DNA of 64,000 nucleotides from Alphaproteobacteria bacterium UBA1908 (GTDB lineage Bacteria; Pseudomonadota; Alphaproteobacteria; Caedimonadales; UBA1908): NCBI GenBank assembly GCA_002337525.1, contig DDGG01000033.1, positions 30,221 to 94,220 of the forward strand, read 5' to 3'. Shown piece by piece: positions 62,541 to 64,000 of this stretch (position 1 is its first letter; each line of letters starts with the position of its first letter). The notes under the pieces were generated by a model. It saw only the letters and a program-made list of their open reading frames with translations, ran no database searches and was not told where the DNA came from. The position numbers and the translations under genes were made by a program.

Positions 62541-63407
62541 TTATCTTCCGTTAAATTTCGGGAGTCGTTTCTCCAAAAATGCCATCGCCGCCTCTGTAAA
62601 ATCATAAGAAGCTGTACAATCAGCAAAAGAGTTCTCTTCCTTGTAAAGATGATGGGGCAAAGTATCGTCAAAACTCGATTGAATCAGTTCCTTTGTTCGA
62701 GCATAAGCATATCCAGGTCCTTCTGCTAATTTATCAGCAAGCTGCTTTGTTTCTGTTTCAAGTGTATCATGGGATACAATCTTTGTCACAAGATGACACG
62801 CCAACGCCTCTTCAGCCGAAAGAGTTTCCCCAAGCAAAGCCATTGACATGGCTTTTTGCTGGCCAACCAGGCGTGGTAAGAAATAGGTTGCACCACCATC
62901 AGGACTCAGACCCATTCGACTATAGGCCATTGAAAAAGAACTTTTTGTTGAAGCAATACTCAAGTCACATGCCATCATAAGGCTAAGACCATAACCAGCC
63001 GCAACTCCGTTTACAGAAGCAATAACAGGTTTTGGCATTCGCTTAAGAGACAGAATTGTTGGGTGGACATGTTGAATAAAGGTATGAAATCGCGCTTTTC
63101 GCTCTTGCGGGGAAAGGTTTAGAGTCTCCCCAAATAGCTGTATATCTCCGCCAGACATAAATCCGGCACCTTCACCTGTTAAAACAAGACATCGAACAGC
63201 GGGATCAAACTCTGCTTCCTGAACGGCCTCCAAAAGAGCCAAAGATAGTTCTTTATTCAGGGCATTCAAAACCTGTGGACGATTGAAACACAGGGTTAGA
63301 ACACCGCCATCCCTTTTGACCAGAAGAGATGATTCGCTTTTCAGACGGGGAGAATTCTGCTTTTGGTCGTTAGGCAATAACTCCTGATTCTTTTTTAACA
63401 CTAGCAT
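62541..63407 (-). CDS. Enoyl-CoA hydratase/isomerase family protein
   Basis: Crotonase fold: LCFNRPQVLNAL, LTGEGAGFMSGGDI, NGVAAGYGLSLMMACD. Confidence 0.85.
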   Translation of the reverse strand: MLVLKKNQELLPNDQKQNSPRLKSESSLLVKRDGGVLTLCFNRPQVLNALNKELSLALLEAVQEAEFDPAVRCLVLTGEGAGFMSGGDIQLFGETLNLSPQERKARFHTFIQHVHPTILSLKRMPKPVIASVNGVAAGYGLSLMMACDLSIASTKSSFSMAYSRMGLSPDGGATYFLPRLVGQQKAMSMALLGETLSAEEALACHLVTKIVSHDTLETETKQLADKLAEGPGYAYARTKELIQSSFDDTLPHHLYKEENSFADCTASYDFTEAAMAFLEKRLPKFNGR

Positions 63408-63558
63408 CTCCCTGCCTTATTAATGCCACCATAGTACAGCTTTTTCTGAAAAAATGCCCCCTAAAACAGCATTAAACTAGTATTTTTTTATCAGGATAAT
63501 AAATATTGATACTCTCGGGTTGCTTCTCTATCAAAGACAACAAAATCAGGAAAGGTCT

Positions 63559-63954
63559 TTATGCAAGGTCAGAGAGTATTTTATCCAATACTTCCTGTTT
63601 AACATCGGGGCACCTTTTTTGAATTGCTCGATAAAGTTTATAGGCAAGCTCGTTGCTTTTACAATGGGATAAAATATCACAAAATCTTTTTTGTTCATTA
63701 ACGCTTATATCGTGGATACTGCCTTCTAATAACCTGACTGAAGCAAGGGCCGTCAAATAGTCCTTTTCATTTTCAAACAAAAAGGGGCCATCCTCATAAG
63801 TTGACTTAATCTCAAGCTCTTTTTCAACAAGAGTATCAATATGGACTCTCAATAAACTCCAGGCAAGATCGTATTCTTTCTCTGATAAAACCAGATCTTC
63901 CAGCCTAGTAGATCCTACGATAAAAAGGAGGGTTTTTAACTCTCCTTCAGGCAT
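63559..63954 (-). CDS. Hypothetical protein (>=131 aa)
   Basis: ATG at 63954 (MPEGELKTLL...). The frame stays open to the window edge at 64000, so the true start may lie outside the window. Confidence 0.45.
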   Translation of the reverse strand: MPEGELKTLLFIVGSTRLEDLVLSEKEYDLAWSLLRVHIDTLVEKELEIKSTYEDGPFLFENEKDYLTALASVRLLEGSIHDISVNEQKRFCDILSHCKSNELAYKLYRAIQKRCPDVKQEVLDKILSDLA

Positions 63955-64000
63955 TTTCTTCAAGGGATCTAAACGTTCATCGAAAGAAAAATCGACAGTT

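Overview
AT-rich bacterial chromosomal segment with alphaproteobacterial hallmarks: a short ProRS without the INS editing domain, and the blocks proS-lolC/E, dapF-mtaB-ftsY, sucCD, hfq-hflX, smpB/dapA/slt and dnaE. These housekeeping blocks alternate with four patches of signal-peptide or hypothetical proteins, which suggests a host-associated lifestyle (inference). I support about 57 CDS. I found no rRNA, tRNA, CRISPR array, transposase or integrase. Main items: (1) An orphan four-gene module at 46.8-51.4 kb: VgrG, an unknown 276-aa protein, a DUF4280 PAAR-like protein and a MORN/YwqK-repeat protein. No T6SS or contractile-injection core gene occurs elsewhere in the window. (2) A translationally coupled three-gene operon at 57.8-61.6 kb: a multi-CxxC zinc-ribbon protein with a degenerate GGDEF-like C-terminus, a processive GT2 synthase (QRLRW) and an HlyD-type periplasmic adaptor. 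The first gene carries G8 and A9 homopolymer tracts. (3) Candidate host-mimicking effectors. One is a GlnE/DrrA-type nucleotidyltransferase (G-X11-D-X-E) with tandem MIU/UIM-like motifs. Another is a small type-I-like membrane protein with a poly-Cys juxtamembrane patch and a C-terminal acidic dileucine signal. (4) An orphan lipoprotein that fuses a TPR domain directly to a secretin core. (5) A family of 36-39 bp hairpin units with GTCAT...ATCCAG termini, clustered in mosaic arrays at four intergenic loci that sit at core/accessory junctions. (6) A long dCMP-deaminase-like protein, a secreted-protein operon with a V8-like serine protease, an OMP/DUF3179 lipoprotein/TlpA operon, and an AstE/AspA-family protein that seems to have lost both His zinc ligands. 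All family assignments come from reading motifs by eye. No database search was run.
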